Assembly: GCA_963922845.1 (NCBI GenBank)
Contig: CAWUJV010000013.1
Coordinates: 2,463 to 66,462, forward strand
Direction of reading: 5' to 3'
From: an uncultured Alteromonas sp.
GTDB lineage: Bacteria; Pseudomonadota; Gammaproteobacteria; Enterobacterales; Alteromonadaceae
DNA: 64,000 bases
How positions within the stretch are numbered: the stretch's first letter is position 1; each line of letters opens with the position of its first letter. The notes under the pieces are model-generated. The model was not told the DNA's origin and ran no database searches. It worked only from the letters and a program-made list of their open reading frames with translations. The position numbers were made by a program, and so were the translations under genes. Shown one piece after another: positions 17,817-27,933 of this stretch.

Positions 17817-18026
17817 GTGTTAATCGTTCATGCCAAAGATGATGACCGAGTCATGTTCAATGAAGCGGAGACGCTGTATGAAGAGTTAACAAAACTCGAT
17901 AGAGCGGTCACCTTCAAAGTATACCCAAGTGGCGGGCATAGCCTGAGAGACGCGCCAAAAGGTGAAGTAAACCGGCTCATTGGAGCATTCTTTAAACAGG
18001 CATTAACGGTAACAGCAACCCAATAA
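17817..18026 (+). pseudogene. C-terminal remnant of an alpha/beta-hydrolase (S9 prolyl-oligopeptidase/dienelactone-hydrolase type)
   Basis: The 69-aa ORF LIVHAKDDDRVMFNEAETLYEELTK...VYPSGGHSL holds only the last strand-helix units with the catalytic Asp and His positions. No nucleophile-elbow region lies upstream. Confidence 0.55.
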
Positions 18027-18052
18027 AAAAAGAGGCCTGAGCCTCTTTTTTT
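18025..18052. terminator. Bidirectional rho-independent terminator
   Basis: AAAAAA-AGAGGC-CTGA-GCCTCT-TTTTTT between the hydrolase remnant (+) and sspB (-). Confidence 0.8.
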
Positions 18053-18482
18053 ACTTAATCACTTTAAGCGTTGGTTTGCCTTTCGGTGGCGGCTTTGGTG
18101 CGTCTTTTTCAGTATCAGGCGTTGATGCCTCAATGTTTGTTTCTGCTGGTTCACCTTGCGGCTCTTCATCATAAGCAAACACGGTGCCCGCACCATTCTC
18201 ACGAGCATAAATTGCCAAGACTGCATTACAAGGCATACTCAAGCGACGGGGCTGCCCACCAAATCTCGCTTGAAACGCGATGCCATCCTTATCGAGATAA
18301 AAATTAACACAGGCCGACGGTGATATGTTTAATACAATTTGACCGTCTTTGACGTGTTCTTGAGGCACTTCAACCATAGTGTTGGTAGCATCAACAACAA
18401 TATAAGGTGTTAAATCGTTATCCACGATCCAATCGTAAAAAGCCCTAAGCATATAGGGCTGATTAGACGTCATACCCGTCAT
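18051..18482 (-). CDS. sspB: Stringent starvation protein B (ClpXP adaptor)
   Basis: N-terminus PYMLRAFYDWIVDN is typical of SspB. There is an ATGA start/stop overlap with sspA. Confidence 0.9.
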   Translation of the reverse strand: MTGMTSNQPYMLRAFYDWIVDNDLTPYIVVDATNTMVEVPQEHVKDGQIVLNISPSACVNFYLDKDGIAFQARFGGQPRRLSMPCNAVLAIYARENGAGTVFAYDEEPQGEPAETNIEASTPDTEKDAPKPPPKGKPTLKVIK

Positions 18483-19111
18483 AGTGGGTTGTGAATCTCA
18501 CGTTCTTGGTCAGTCAAAGAGGCTTTGAATGACGCGCGAGAGAAAATACGATTCATGTACGCATTCACTTCTTTGCTTCCTGCGCCCGTTAACGTAATGC
18601 CTAGAGCAGGCAAACGCCATAGTAACGGTGCAAGGTAACAATCCACCAAGCTGAACTCTTCGCTCATGAAGTAAGGCATTTCAGCGAATAAAGGCGCTAG
18701 TGCCAATAACGCTTCACGCAATTCGTTGCGGGCCGCTTCTACGTCACCTTCTCCGCGGAAGATTTTCGCAGCGAGCGAGTACCAATCACTTTCAATGCGG
18801 TGCATCATCAAACGGCTTTGACCACGAGAGACTGGGTAAACCGGCATCAACGGAGGATGCGGGAAACGCTCGTCGAGGTATTCCATGATGATGTGGGATT
18901 TGTACAGTACAAGTTCACGGTCGACCAACGTAGGAACTGTACCGTAGGGGTTCAGATCAATAAGATCCTCAGGCAAGTTACTCGGATCGGTATAGCTGAT
19001 CTCAACACCCACGCCTTTTTCAGCTAACACAATACGTACCTGATGACTGTAAATATCAATCGAGTCTGAGAACAACGTCATAATCGAACGTTTATTCGCG
19101 GCTACGGCCAT
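18479..19111 (-). CDS. sspA: Stringent starvation protein A
   Basis: GST-like fold (MTLFSD..HQVRIVLAEKGV..) and conserved sspA-sspB pairing downstream of petABC. Confidence 0.95.
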   Translation of the reverse strand: MAVAANKRSIMTLFSDSIDIYSHQVRIVLAEKGVGVEISYTDPSNLPEDLIDLNPYGTVPTLVDRELVLYKSHIIMEYLDERFPHPPLMPVYPVSRGQSRLMMHRIESDWYSLAAKIFRGEGDVEAARNELREALLALAPLFAEMPYFMSEEFSLVDCYLAPLLWRLPALGITLTGAGSKEVNAYMNRIFSRASFKASLTDQEREIHNPL

Positions 19112-19182
19112 TCATTTTCCTCCGTTTAGAGACTAGTTTAACTGAGTTCTCTACCCTGAAAATCAGTTATACAACAAAAGCT

Positions 19183-19208
19183 AAAAAAGGGGGCGAGACG
19201 CCCCCTTT
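19183..19208 (-). terminator. Rho-independent terminator after petC
   Basis: GGGGGCG-AGA-CGCCCCC, with a T-run on the minus strand. Confidence 0.75.
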
Positions 19209-19235
19209 GAACATTATACATAATTTAAGCGGTAA

Positions 19236-19970
19236 TTAGTGAAGTTCTCGCCAGTAATCTTTCTTCAATAAGTAAACAAAGAAGAACAAGACAACAATAA
19301 ACACCAAGACCCACTTACCAATTTTTTCTGAGCTAAGACGCGATGGTTCACCGGTGTAAACCAGGAAGTTTACAAGGTCAAGTACCGCTTTGTCGTACTC
19401 TTCAGGTGACAATGCACCGTCACCATCGGCTTTGATGCCGACTGGACGCTGTACGGTTTCACCGTCAACTAACGCTTCTTCATACGCTTCACGAGGCGTG
19501 CCTTGCAATGGCTGAAGAACATGCGGCATTCCGACTTCTGGGAATACCTTATTGTTCACACCAAACGGACGGCTTTCGTCAACATAGAAAGTGCGTAGGT
19601 AGGTATACAACCAGTCTTTACCACGTACACGAGATACCAGCGTTAGATCTGGCGGCGCTGCACCAAACCATGTTGCCGCGGCTTCACCGGGCATAGAACG
19701 CTCGATGTAGTCAGAGACTTTCTCACCCGTGAACTGTAAATAAGCTTCACCCAGCTCGTCTGGTACACCAATATCTTGGAACGTGCGTTGGTAGCGCTGA
19801 TATTGCATACCGTGACAACCAAGACAGTAGTTCATGAAGATTTTCGCGCCGTTTTGCAAAGACGCGTTATCTTTCAAATCAATTTTTGCTTCATCTAACG
19901 GGTAACCACTACCTGCAGCAACGGCCAGTCCCGGAATCAGAAAAGCTAACGCTAATACGATCTTTCTCAT
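19236..19970 (-). CDS. petC: Ubiquinol-cytochrome c reductase, cytochrome c1 subunit
   Basis: Signal peptide, heme motif CLGCHG and a C-terminal membrane anchor. Confidence 0.9.
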   Translation of the reverse strand: MRKIVLALAFLIPGLAVAAGSGYPLDEAKIDLKDNASLQNGAKIFMNYCLGCHGMQYQRYQRTFQDIGVPDELGEAYLQFTGEKVSDYIERSMPGEAAATWFGAAPPDLTLVSRVRGKDWLYTYLRTFYVDESRPFGVNNKVFPEVGMPHVLQPLQGTPREAYEEALVDGETVQRPVGIKADGDGALSPEEYDKAVLDLVNFLVYTGEPSRLSSEKIGKWVLVFIVVLFFFVYLLKKDYWRELH

Positions 19971-21232
19971 TTAGGGATCCTCGTTGGTACAGGTTTAGTT
20001 GTTTCGTTTTTGCTGTACAAGAACAACAACACAAAGAAGCCGAAGTACATAATCGTTGCGATTTGTGATGCAACAATTTTCCAGTTCTCTTGTGGTGTAC
20101 CACCCAAGTAGCCCAAGAAGATAAACACAATAGCGAACACAATTAAGTTAACTTTGTGCAGACCACTGCGGTAACGCCATGATTTAACGCGTCCACGGTC
20201 GACCCAAGGAAGCGCAAACAACGCTGCAATCGCACCAAACATAGCGAGTACACCAAATAGCTTATCCGGAACCGCTTTCAAGATGGCGTAGAACGGCGTG
20301 AAGTACCATACAGGGAAAATATGCTCAGGCGTCTTCAACGGGTTCGCAATTTCAAAGTTTGGATGCTCCAAGAACTTGCCACCCATTTCTGGGGCAAAGA
20401 ACATGATGTAACAGAATGCGAACAAGAATACACAGAACGCGACCAAATCTTTCAACACAATATGTGGGAAGAACGGCACGACATCATCAGCGATGTCATA
20501 CTTGGCAGTGTAGTATTCGTGGATTTCAAAATCGGTTTTGTCTTCTTCAGACAATGAGCCTTTCTTGTGTTTAATCGCAACACCATCTGGGTTGTTTGAA
20601 CCCACTTCGTGAAGCGCAATAATGTGCAAGAACACAAGGATAACAATAACCAGTGGCAAGGCTATCACGTGCAGAGCAAAGAAACGGTTCAAGGTTGCAC
20701 CAGAGATAACGTAGTCACCTTGAATCCAGATTACTAGGTCAGGACCAATCACCGGAATCGCACCAAATAGCGAAACGATTACCTGTGCGCCCCAATAAGA
20801 CATTTGTCCCCAAGGCAGTACGTAACCCATAAAGGCTTCAGCCATAAGTGCTAGGTAAATCAACATACCAAACACCCAAAGCAATTCACGTGGTTTCTGA
20901 TATGACCCGTAAATCATACCGCGGAACATGTGCATATAAACCACGATAAAGAACGCAGATGCACCCGTACTGTGCATGTAGCGGATAATCCAACCGTAGT
21001 CGATTTCACGCATGATGTACTCAACTGATGCGAACGCGCGCTCAGATGAAGGTTCGAAGTTCATGGTCAGCCAAATACCTGTAACGATTTGGTTGACTAG
21101 TACGATAGTCGCCAGGAAACCGAACACATACCAAAAGTTCATGTTTCGTGGTGCAGGATACTGAATGGCGTGCATGTTCGCCACGCGCATCATCGGGATG
21201 CGCTCTTCAATCCAATTCAAAAACGCATTCAT
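19967..21232 (-). CDS. petB: Ubiquinol-cytochrome c reductase, cytochrome b subunit
   Basis: Cytochrome b helices and His ligands. The start is set at MNAFLNWIEERIP, 1 nt after the petA stop, not at the longer ORF-track start. Confidence 0.9.
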   Translation of the reverse strand: MNAFLNWIEERIPMMRVANMHAIQYPAPRNMNFWYVFGFLATIVLVNQIVTGIWLTMNFEPSSERAFASVEYIMREIDYGWIIRYMHSTGASAFFIVVYMHMFRGMIYGSYQKPRELLWVFGMLIYLALMAEAFMGYVLPWGQMSYWGAQVIVSLFGAIPVIGPDLVIWIQGDYVISGATLNRFFALHVIALPLVIVILVFLHIIALHEVGSNNPDGVAIKHKKGSLSEEDKTDFEIHEYYTAKYDIADDVVPFFPHIVLKDLVAFCVFLFAFCYIMFFAPEMGGKFLEHPNFEIANPLKTPEHIFPVWYFTPFYAILKAVPDKLFGVLAMFGAIAALFALPWVDRGRVKSWRYRSGLHKVNLIVFAIVFIFLGYLGGTPQENWKIVASQIATIMYFGFFVLLFLYSKNETTKPVPTRIPK

Positions 21233-21233
21233 A

Positions 21234-21866
21234 TTACGCAACCTCCGCTTCAGAACCGATGATAAGCGTATTGTCATCAACGAACTGATAAGGTGGAACC
21301 ACCAAGTTCAACGGTGCAGGTACGTTTTCGAATACACGCCCAGCCATATCGAACTTAGAACCGTGACATGGGCAGAAGAAGCCTTCTGGCACGCCTTCGA
21401 CGTATTGCTCGAATGCGCCGTCTTTAAGATGCTGTGGTGAACAACCAAGGTGAGTACAAATACCCACAAGCACCAAGTACTCTTCTTTGTAAGAACGGTA
21501 TTGGTTTTGCGCGAACGCAGGTTGTTGCTCGGTCTCAGATGCAGGATCTTTGAGTTGGTCTTCATGCTCAGCAAGGGCTCTCAAAGTCTCAGGCGTGCGT
21601 CGAACGATCCACACTGGTTTGCTTCGCCACATAACGCGAATCAATTGACCAGGTGCAATACCACTGATGTCCACTTCAACGTCGGCGCCTGCAGCCTTCG
21701 CTTTAGCACTAGGGTTCCAGGACGCTACAAAAGGAACAGCCGCACCAGCAACACCAACAGCACCCACGACAGACGTCGCAACCGTCAAAAATCGACGACG
21801 AGGATTGTCCTTTGGCTTATCGTTGTTGAGCGCAGACTCATTTGCATCTACAGATACATTGCTCAT
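21234..21866 (-). CDS. petA: Ubiquinol-cytochrome c reductase, Rieske iron-sulfur subunit
   Basis: Rieske motifs CTHLGC and CPCHGS, with a Tat-like N-terminus (RRRFL). Confidence 0.95.
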   Translation of the reverse strand: MSNVSVDANESALNNDKPKDNPRRRFLTVATSVVGAVGVAGAAVPFVASWNPSAKAKAAGADVEVDISGIAPGQLIRVMWRSKPVWIVRRTPETLRALAEHEDQLKDPASETEQQPAFAQNQYRSYKEEYLVLVGICTHLGCSPQHLKDGAFEQYVEGVPEGFFCPCHGSKFDMAGRVFENVPAPLNLVVPPYQFVDDNTLIIGSEAEVA

Positions 21867-22116
21867 CCACTTTTCTCCAGGTTTGGAAGGTTATGGCTCT
21901 GTGCGCGAGATTAACGGTCTTTAACACAGTCCATTTTTTATCTTGTCATATCATACGTATATTCACGCGGAGTAGATTTACGTAGTGGTATGAAAGTTTA
22001 TTAAATTTATGACCGAGAATGATAAAAGAAAACCCCTTAAAAACACAAGGTTTTGGGGACATTTAAGCGAGAAATAATGCAGAATTTGTGGGATTTCTTG
22101 ATGCAACGCATCGAAA

Positions 22117-22148
22117 CAAAAAAAAACCCGGCAAAAGCCGGGTTTTTT
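22117..22148 (-). terminator. Rho-independent terminator after rpsI
   Basis: CCCGGC-AAAA-GCCGGG flanked by A- and T-runs. Confidence 0.85.
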
Positions 22149-22165
22149 GAAAGTAAAACGTACGA

Positions 22166-22558
22166 TTAACGTTTTGAGAATTGTGGACGCTTACGCGCTT
22201 TGTGTAGACCCACTTTCTTACGTTCAACGCGACGTGCATCACGAGTAACGAAACCTGCTTTACGTAGAGCAGGACGTAGCGCTTCATCATACTCCATAAG
22301 AGCACGAGTGATGCCGTGACGGATAGCGCCTGCTTGACCGCTGATACCACCACCAGAAACAGTGATGTATAGGTCAAACTTTTCAGTCATTTCTACAAGC
22401 TCTAGTGGCTGACGAACAACCATGCGAGCAGTTTCACGACCAAAGAACTCGTCTAGAGGACGCTTGTTAACGGTGATCGCACCAGTACCTGGACGCAAGA
22501 ATACGCGAGCAGTAGAACTTTTGCGACGGCCAGTGCCGTAATATTGAGTATCTGCCAT
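22166..22558 (-). CDS. rpsI: 30S ribosomal protein S9
   Basis: 130 aa, with [10 protein letters not shown]...[11 protein letters not shown]. Confidence 0.98.
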   Translation of the reverse strand: MADTQYYGTGRRKSSTARVFLRPGTGAITVNKRPLDEFFGRETARMVVRQPLELVEMTEKFDLYITVSGGGISGQAGAIRHGITRALMEYDEALRPALRKAGFVTRDARRVERKKVGLHKARKRPQFSKR

Positions 22559-22570
22559 GTCAAACGCTCC

Positions 22571-22999
22571 TTAAATGTCCAATACTTGTGGTTGTTGAGC
22601 AGCGTGCTTGTGCTCAGCACCTGCGTAAACTTTCATTTTACGGAACATTGCACGGCCCAAAGGACCTTTTGGCAACATGCCTTTAACTGCTTTTTCGATA
22701 ACCATTTCTGGCTTCGCAGCAATTAGCTTTTCGAAAGTTGTTTCTTTCAAACCACCTGGGTAACCAGAGTGAGCGTAGTACATTTTGCCCTTCGCTTTGT
22801 TACCTGTAACAGTCACTTTCTCAGCATTGATGATGACAATGTAGTCACCAGTATCAACGTGAGGAGTGTACTCTGGCTTGTGCTTACCACGTAGGCGTAG
22901 AGCAACCTCAGCTGCTAAACGACCCAATGTTTTGTCTGTGGCGTCAACCACGTACCAGTCACGTTTTACCGTCTCTGGCTTTGCAACAAAAGTTTTCAT
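22571..22999 (-). CDS. rplM: 50S ribosomal protein L13
   Basis: 142 aa, with [20 protein letters not shown]. Confidence 0.98.
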   Translation of the reverse strand: MKTFVAKPETVKRDWYVVDATDKTLGRLAAEVALRLRGKHKPEYTPHVDTGDYIVIINAEKVTVTGNKAKGKMYYAHSGYPGGLKETTFEKLIAAKPEMVIEKAVKGMLPKGPLGRAMFRKMKVYAGAEHKHAAQQPQVLDI

Positions 23000-23195
23000 T
23001 TTTAAAATTACCCGAAAAAATCGTCGTTACTAGATTTCTGTTAGTCCCAGAAATCGCCAAAAATCAATTATATGACCCCTTCGAGCCAACTGATTCTTCC
23101 ACTATCCCACTAGTGGGTGTAACTGGGCAGGGCGCGAATTATACAGGATTTGAATAAAAAGCGAACCCCTAATTACTAAAATGTAGGAGTTTTTT

Positions 23196-24008
23196 CTATT
23201 TGCTGGCTTTGGCTGTTTGCCACAAGACTTCCATCTCATCGAGGGTCATTTGCGTTAAAGGCGTGGCCTGTTGTGCTGCTAGTTGCTCGACTAGCCTAAA
23301 ACGCTTGGAAAATTTGTGACTAGCATTGCGAAGGGCAGTATCGGCATCGACATCACAATGCCGAGCTAAGTTAACCACTGCGAACAACAAATCGCCGATT
23401 TCTTCTTCTACTGCTTGTTGGTTAATTCGCTCTTGGATCAGTTCATCGCGAACTTCGTTTATCTCTTCAATGACTTTATCGATAACCGGGAATGCATCAT
23501 GCCAATCGAACCCAACCTTGGCACATTGTTTTTGGAGCTTTTGCGCCAGCATAAGCGCTGGCAACCCCGAGGGCACTTTATCGAGAATACTCTCATCCGA
23601 TTGACCTTTTGAGGCTTTCTCTTGTGCTTTGATCGCTTCCCATTGCGCGCCTAGATCATCCACAGCGGTAGATTGTGACGCGAATACATGGGGATGGCGC
23701 CTCACTAGTTTATCGGATATCGCTTTAGCAATATCGTCAAAATCGAAGTCGCCGTGTTCAGTAGCGATCTGAGCGTAAAACACAACTTGGAACAACAAAT
23801 CGCCCAACTCGTCTTTTATCTCCCCCATATCTCCAGACTCAATGGCGTCGGCCACTTCGTAGGCTTCTTCAATGGTATAGCGCGTCAAGGATGCCATGGT
23901 TTGCTCTACGTCCCATGGGCAACCTGACTCTGGGTCCCGTAACTGACGCATAATATCGAGCAAAGCTTGCGTTTGTTGTAGTGTGCTAGCCTTTTTTGCG
24001 TTTGACAT
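23196..24008 (-). CDS. mazG: Nucleoside triphosphate pyrophosphohydrolase MazG
   Basis: Tandem MazG domains (CPWDVEQTMASLTRYTIEEAYEVADAIE; EEIGDLLFAVVNLARH). It lies downstream of relA and overlaps it. Confidence 0.9.
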   Translation of the reverse strand: MSNAKKASTLQQTQALLDIMRQLRDPESGCPWDVEQTMASLTRYTIEEAYEVADAIESGDMGEIKDELGDLLFQVVFYAQIATEHGDFDFDDIAKAISDKLVRRHPHVFASQSTAVDDLGAQWEAIKAQEKASKGQSDESILDKVPSGLPALMLAQKLQKQCAKVGFDWHDAFPVIDKVIEEINEVRDELIQERINQQAVEEEIGDLLFAVVNLARHCDVDADTALRNASHKFSKRFRLVEQLAAQQATPLTQMTLDEMEVLWQTAKASK

Positions 24009-26163
24009 CTACCACGCCTTTTAACTGCCTCAATCTCGACATCACTTTTGTCAGTGTTGGCAAATCGTTGACTTCAATCGCAATCGTGATCATTGCTGTA
24101 TGATGGGTTTTGTCACTCAAACTGTTAACGCCTAGAAGTGCGACACCCTCGTTGGCCAATACGGTCGTAATATCGCGCAACAAGCCATTGCGGTCGGAAC
24201 AGAATATGTCCACTTTGGCTTCAAACCCAACATTAATCGAGCTTGACCAATTGACTTCGATTTCACGCTCTGGATGTTGTTCAAGTAGATGGGCTAATTG
24301 TACACATCCTTCTTTGTGCACACTGACACCCCGGCCCTGAGTGATATAGCCGACAATAGGCTCTCCGGGAACTGGGTTACAGCAATTCGCCAGTTGGCTC
24401 ATGAGATGGCCAACCCCTTGCACAACAACAGAATCTTTCTTGCCTTTTGACTTGGCTTCTTTTTTCACCCGTACTTTAGGGCTAATTTCGTCTGCTACCT
24501 CGACTTGGGGCTCGCGCAGTTGTTGTATATGCTTAATCACTGACATCAAACGCACATCACCCGCGCCTATCGCAGCATGCAAATCTTCAAGTGATGTTAC
24601 GTTGAACTTACTCAACACCTCAGGTTCGATTTTAGTGCCGAGCTGGGCTCTTGCGAGTTCCCGCTCAAACAGTTCTTTACCCGCTAAGCTGTTTTTCTCT
24701 TTGTCTTGCTTCTTAAAATAAGAATGTATCGTCGCACGGGCCCGTGACGAGTGCACGTAGCCAAGTCCTGGGTGCATCCAATCACGACTGGGGTTTAGCT
24801 CTTTACCCGTAAGGATTTCGACCTGATCACCACTTTGCAAATTATAGGTAAAAGGCACAATACGGTTATTGACCTTCGCACCGATACAACGATGGCCAAC
24901 ATTGCTGTGAATGTAATAGGCAAAGTCCAGCGGCGTTGACCCTTGAGGCAGGTCTACAACATCCCCTCTTGGCGTAAACACATAGACGCGATCGTCAAAT
25001 ACCTGGCTGCGTAGTTCTTCGACTATATCACCAGATTCAGCAACCTCTTCTTGCCACGCCAGAATACGTCTCAGCCAGTTTATTCGCTCGTCATACCCCG
25101 ACGATTTACCCGTTGATCCCTCTTTGTACTTCCAGTGTGCGGCGACGCCGAGCTCGGCGTCTTGATGCATTTTTTGCGTTCTGATTTGAATTTCTACAGG
25201 TTTGCCTTCAGGTCCCACTATAACGGTGTGAATAGATTGATAACCATTGGCTTTCGGTGTGGCGATATAGTCATCAAACTCATTGGGAATGTGTTTGTAA
25301 TTAGCGTGCACTGTGCCCAGTGCTGCATAGCAGTCTTGCATTCTCTCGGCGATAATACGCACGGCTCGAATGTCAAATAACTGTTCAAACGACAAATGCT
25401 TTTTCTGCATCTTCTTCCAAATACTAAAAATGTGCTTAGGTCGCCCGTAAACTTCTGCTCGAATACCTTCTTGGTTTACCAGCCCCTGCAGATCATTGAC
25501 AATATTGTCGATGTAGTCAGCTCGTGCTTGCCGCTTGCCATCAAGTTGCTTCGCAATCTGCATGTAAGTATCTGGATGAAGATAGCGAAAGGCGAGATCC
25601 TCTAACTCCCACTTTAATTGACCAATGCCTAATCGGTTAGCCAGTGGTGCGTATATGGCGGCACACTCTCGAGCGACCATCACCTTGGTCTCTTCATCTG
25701 CTTTTTTAACTTGCTGCAAAGCGCAAATTCGCTCGGCCATTTTAATCACAACGGCCCGCACGTCTTCGACCATGGCAAGCAACATGCGCCGTATACTGTC
25801 GATGTGTTGTTCGTCGTGTGACGGCAAGTTGGTCGCGCGACGGGCGTGTAACGACTTGATAGCATCCATCCGTCTCACGCCTACGATCAACTGCTCAATC
25901 TCGTTGCCGAAGGTTTCTTTGACATCCTCGTCTGTCAACGCGTGCTGCTGACAATAGGGGTAAACCAACGCGGCTTGTAGGGTCGCGTCGTCCATATTCA
26001 ACTGAGTTAAAATCTCGACCATTTCTTGGCCGACAAGAAGTTGTTCCGGCATGTGCGAAATAGCTTTTAACTTGGCCTTTGTGGCATCGCTAATCGCTAG
26101 GCTTTCCAACCAGTCAATAAAAGCTGGCCTATCTGGCTCGTGTACTTTTCTTGTCGTTACCAT
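23986..26163 (-). CDS. relA: GTP pyrophosphokinase RelA ((p)ppGpp synthetase I)
   Basis: 725 aa with RelA/SpoT synthetase, TGS and ACT regions, in rlmD-relA-mazG synteny as in E. coli. Confidence 0.9.
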   Translation of the reverse strand: MVTTRKVHEPDRPAFIDWLESLAISDATKAKLKAISHMPEQLLVGQEMVEILTQLNMDDATLQAALVYPYCQQHALTDEDVKETFGNEIEQLIVGVRRMDAIKSLHARRATNLPSHDEQHIDSIRRMLLAMVEDVRAVVIKMAERICALQQVKKADEETKVMVARECAAIYAPLANRLGIGQLKWELEDLAFRYLHPDTYMQIAKQLDGKRQARADYIDNIVNDLQGLVNQEGIRAEVYGRPKHIFSIWKKMQKKHLSFEQLFDIRAVRIIAERMQDCYAALGTVHANYKHIPNEFDDYIATPKANGYQSIHTVIVGPEGKPVEIQIRTQKMHQDAELGVAAHWKYKEGSTGKSSGYDERINWLRRILAWQEEVAESGDIVEELRSQVFDDRVYVFTPRGDVVDLPQGSTPLDFAYYIHSNVGHRCIGAKVNNRIVPFTYNLQSGDQVEILTGKELNPSRDWMHPGLGYVHSSRARATIHSYFKKQDKEKNSLAGKELFERELARAQLGTKIEPEVLSKFNVTSLEDLHAAIGAGDVRLMSVIKHIQQLREPQVEVADEISPKVRVKKEAKSKGKKDSVVVQGVGHLMSQLANCCNPVPGEPIVGYITQGRGVSVHKEGCVQLAHLLEQHPEREIEVNWSSSINVGFEAKVDIFCSDRNGLLRDITTVLANEGVALLGVNSLSDKTHHTAMITIAIEVNDLPTLTKVMSRLRQLKGVVDVKRKKG

Positions 26164-26174
26164 AATTAATCAGC

Positions 26175-27536
26175 TCACTTCCTGCTTTTTGCTGGTCCGC
26201 CAAACAATGCCATCACTTCTAGATGACGAGTGTACGGGAACATCTCTACTAACCCTACTTTTTCCATTGTGTAGCCCGCATCCAGTAAAATCTGTGCATC
26301 ACGTGCAAACGTTGTAGGGTTGCAAGAAACATACAAGACTTTATCAACTGCCTTTTCACTGATGGCTTCACAAACCTGAAGTGCGCCCTCTCGCGATGGG
26401 TCTAGCAGTATTTTATTGACGTTGTTATCGATACACTGAGCAACGCTATCGCGCTGGCTCAAATCCAAATGTTGCCATTGTACATGTTTAATGCCCTGTT
26501 GCAGTGCATTGGTCTTTGCATCCTGCACCATACTCTCGACGCCCTCTGCTGCAACGACAGTAGCACCAGTTTTTGCCAATGGCAGGGTAAAATTGCCTAA
26601 GCCACAAAATAAATCAGCAAGCGTGTCGTTCTCCGTTGGCACTAACCACGCCATCGCTTGCTCTATCATTTTAGAATTAACCACACCGTTCACTTGAACG
26701 AAGTGATGGGGCTGTGGGACAAGTTTCAGATTATCAAGGGTCCCACATTCAAGGATAGATGCGCGATGAATGAATTCAAAGTGACTTTGCTGGCTTTCCA
26801 CTACGACATTCGTATGGTGTTTTTCACCAAAGTCACGCAATCGGTTTTTATCGCCCGTTGAGACTGACTTGGATACTCTAATCGCACATTGAGTGACGTT
26901 GTCACCGGCCAGTAAACTAATATGGCCGACCTTATCCGCACTTTGTAATGAGGCGATGAGCGCTTTTAACGGTTCGAGGAGTGCTTGTAAACGCAAGTCC
27001 AACACCTGACATTGCTGAATATCAACAACGCGGTTGGTTTGTGCAGACTTATACCCTATTTTGGGCCTACTACGATCTCTCACATCAACAGCTAAACGCG
27101 CTTTGCGTCGATACCCTTTACCTTCAAAAGACAAAGGCGCGACCCAAGGAATATGAGAGAGACCAAATCGTCGCTTCCAATCGTTGTCAAGCGCCTGCTG
27201 ACGCATCTGCACGCCTGCTTCTTGCTTGACATGCTGCAATTGGCAACCGCCACAGGTCTCAACATGAGGACAAAAAGGTAATTGTCGACTATCACTTTGT
27301 ACCTGAATTGTTTTTGCAACAGCTTGCCAGTGATGCTTTTTTTTGTCAGTGATATCCGCCAACACGGTTTCACCTTCAAGTGCACCATGAACAAAGACCA
27401 CTGGCTGATGGGATTTCGCTACGCCTTTGCCATGAATGTCTACCGTGTCAATCGTCAATGTGACACTCTCTCCACTGCGCGGCTTGGCCTTGCTTTTCTG
27501 GCCGTTGCGCTTTGCGGGTTTATAAAAACTAACCAT
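26175..27536 (-). CDS. rlmD: 23S rRNA (uracil1939-C5)-methyltransferase RlmD
   Basis: TRAM N-domain, Fe-S Cys cluster (CPHVETCGGCQLQH) and a SAM-MTase C-domain (DLFCGLGNFTLPLA). Confidence 0.9.
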   Translation of the reverse strand: MVSFYKPAKRNGQKSKAKPRSGESVTLTIDTVDIHGKGVAKSHQPVVFVHGALEGETVLADITDKKKHHWQAVAKTIQVQSDSRQLPFCPHVETCGGCQLQHVKQEAGVQMRQQALDNDWKRRFGLSHIPWVAPLSFEGKGYRRKARLAVDVRDRSRPKIGYKSAQTNRVVDIQQCQVLDLRLQALLEPLKALIASLQSADKVGHISLLAGDNVTQCAIRVSKSVSTGDKNRLRDFGEKHHTNVVVESQQSHFEFIHRASILECGTLDNLKLVPQPHHFVQVNGVVNSKMIEQAMAWLVPTENDTLADLFCGLGNFTLPLAKTGATVVAAEGVESMVQDAKTNALQQGIKHVQWQHLDLSQRDSVAQCIDNNVNKILLDPSREGALQVCEAISEKAVDKVLYVSCNPTTFARDAQILLDAGYTMEKVGLVEMFPYTRHLEVMALFGGPAKSRK

Positions 27537-27553
27537 GAATTCGTTCGACTTCC

Positions 27554-27931
27554 CTAGGATTCCAGCACAACAGTGGCTACAGCATAAGACTGCTCATCTG
27601 CGATGGACACAAAAGCGTGTTTCACCCCCTTTGTTTCGCATAGACGAGCGAATTCATCCGTGAACCGAATTTGCGGTGCGCCTGCGTCATTGTTTGACAC
27701 GTGAATGTGCTGGAAACTAACGCCGCGACCGATTCCTGTTCCCAATGCTTTTACCGCTGCTTCTTTGACAGCAAATCGCTTGGCCAAGAAACGATGGGGT
27801 TGAGGTAATTTTGACGCGATAGCTTGCTCCTCCTCGGTCAAGATGCGCTTCATTAACTTACGCATTACGCCCTCATTAGCGGCGAGCCTCGCAATTTCAA
27901 CAATATCAGTACCTATGCCAACGATCGCCAC
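27554..27931 (-). CDS. acpS: Holo-[acyl-carrier-protein] synthase
   Basis: MAIVGIGTDIVEIARL..., 125 aa, immediately downstream of pdxJ. Confidence 0.95.
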   Translation of the reverse strand: MAIVGIGTDIVEIARLAANEGVMRKLMKRILTEEEQAIASKLPQPHRFLAKRFAVKEAAVKALGTGIGRGVSFQHIHVSNNDAGAPQIRFTDEFARLCETKGVKHAFVSIADEQSYAVATVVLES

Positions 27932-27933
27932 AA

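Noticed and set aside
21450-21914. 154-aa and 85-aa plus-strand ORFs
   Set aside because: They are antisense to the Rieske subunit gene petA and have an Arg-rich shadow-frame composition.
23106-23117. 12-bp palindrome CCCACTAGTGGG about 107 bp upstream of rplM
   Set aside because: It could be part of an L13-autoregulated leader, as in E. coli. However, a single short hairpin is not evidence, and the leader boundaries are unknown.
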